Positions 63,760-64,000 of a DNA stretch of 64,000 nucleotides are shown piece by piece (positions within the stretch are counted from its first letter, which is position 1; each line of letters begins with the position of its first letter). A program made the position numbers and the translations under genes. Source of the DNA: Octopus sinensis. Lineage: Eukaryota. The notes beneath the pieces were generated by a model. It ran no database searches. It saw nothing but the letters and a program-made list of their open reading frames with translations, and was not told the DNA's origin. The DNA lies in the NCBI RefSeq assembly GCF_006345805.1, contig NC_043015.1, positions 14,074,001 to 14,138,000 of the forward strand, in the 5' to 3' direction.

Positions 63760-64000
63760 AAGATCAGTTTGCAGCTGTGTTGAACTCCACCTCAGTCACT
63801 AATGATGATGTCATAATGTCTGTTCTGCAGCACACTCTAATACCGTAACTGTCTCTGGAGTCAACCTTCCTGGAAGTGGTAAACTCTATTAAACAGATCT
63901 CTGCTGGTAAAGTACCTGGCAGGGATGCTATCCCTCCTGAAATTTATAAACATGGGGGACAGAAGATTTTTAAGAAACTGCATGACCTCTTCATAAACAT
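63760..64000 (+). mobile_element. RTE (BovB-like) ORF2 fragment running off the window
   Basis: EVVNSIKQISAGKVPGRDAIPPEIYKHGG..LHDLF matches the GKAPG.D.IP.E..K.GG motif upstream of the RT. Confidence 0.8.

Overview
Eukaryotic, AT-rich, repeat-saturated 64 kb window with no CRISPR, rRNA or operon-like content. The SINE families, RTE tails and TA/CA microsatellite load point to a coleoid cephalopod, probably Octopus (inference from recalled repeat families, not a database hit). Most ORFs in the supplied track are microsatellite artefacts or transposon remnants. Recognisable elements: three tRNA-derived SINE families (about 30 copies); a near-intact 2,777 bp Buster/Charlie-type hAT transposon with perfect TIRs and 8 bp TSD nested in an old mariner; other mariner/maT remnants; a decayed Gypsy internal region; Tx1/L1-like pieces including an ORF1-only element; two R4/Dong-like RLE LINEs; several RTE LINE pieces; and Penelope-like ends carrying minimal hammerhead ribozymes, including an identical tandem dimer. 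Best leads: (1) a fold-back element with a tRNA-like cloverleaf in its loop; (2) hammerhead-bearing retrozyme-like units; (3) alternating CpG-retaining and CpG-decayed domains, read from SINE copies, that imply methylated gene bodies, with candidate exons near 53-56 kb and 60.8 kb; (4) local inverted templated insertions. No host protein-coding gene could be named.
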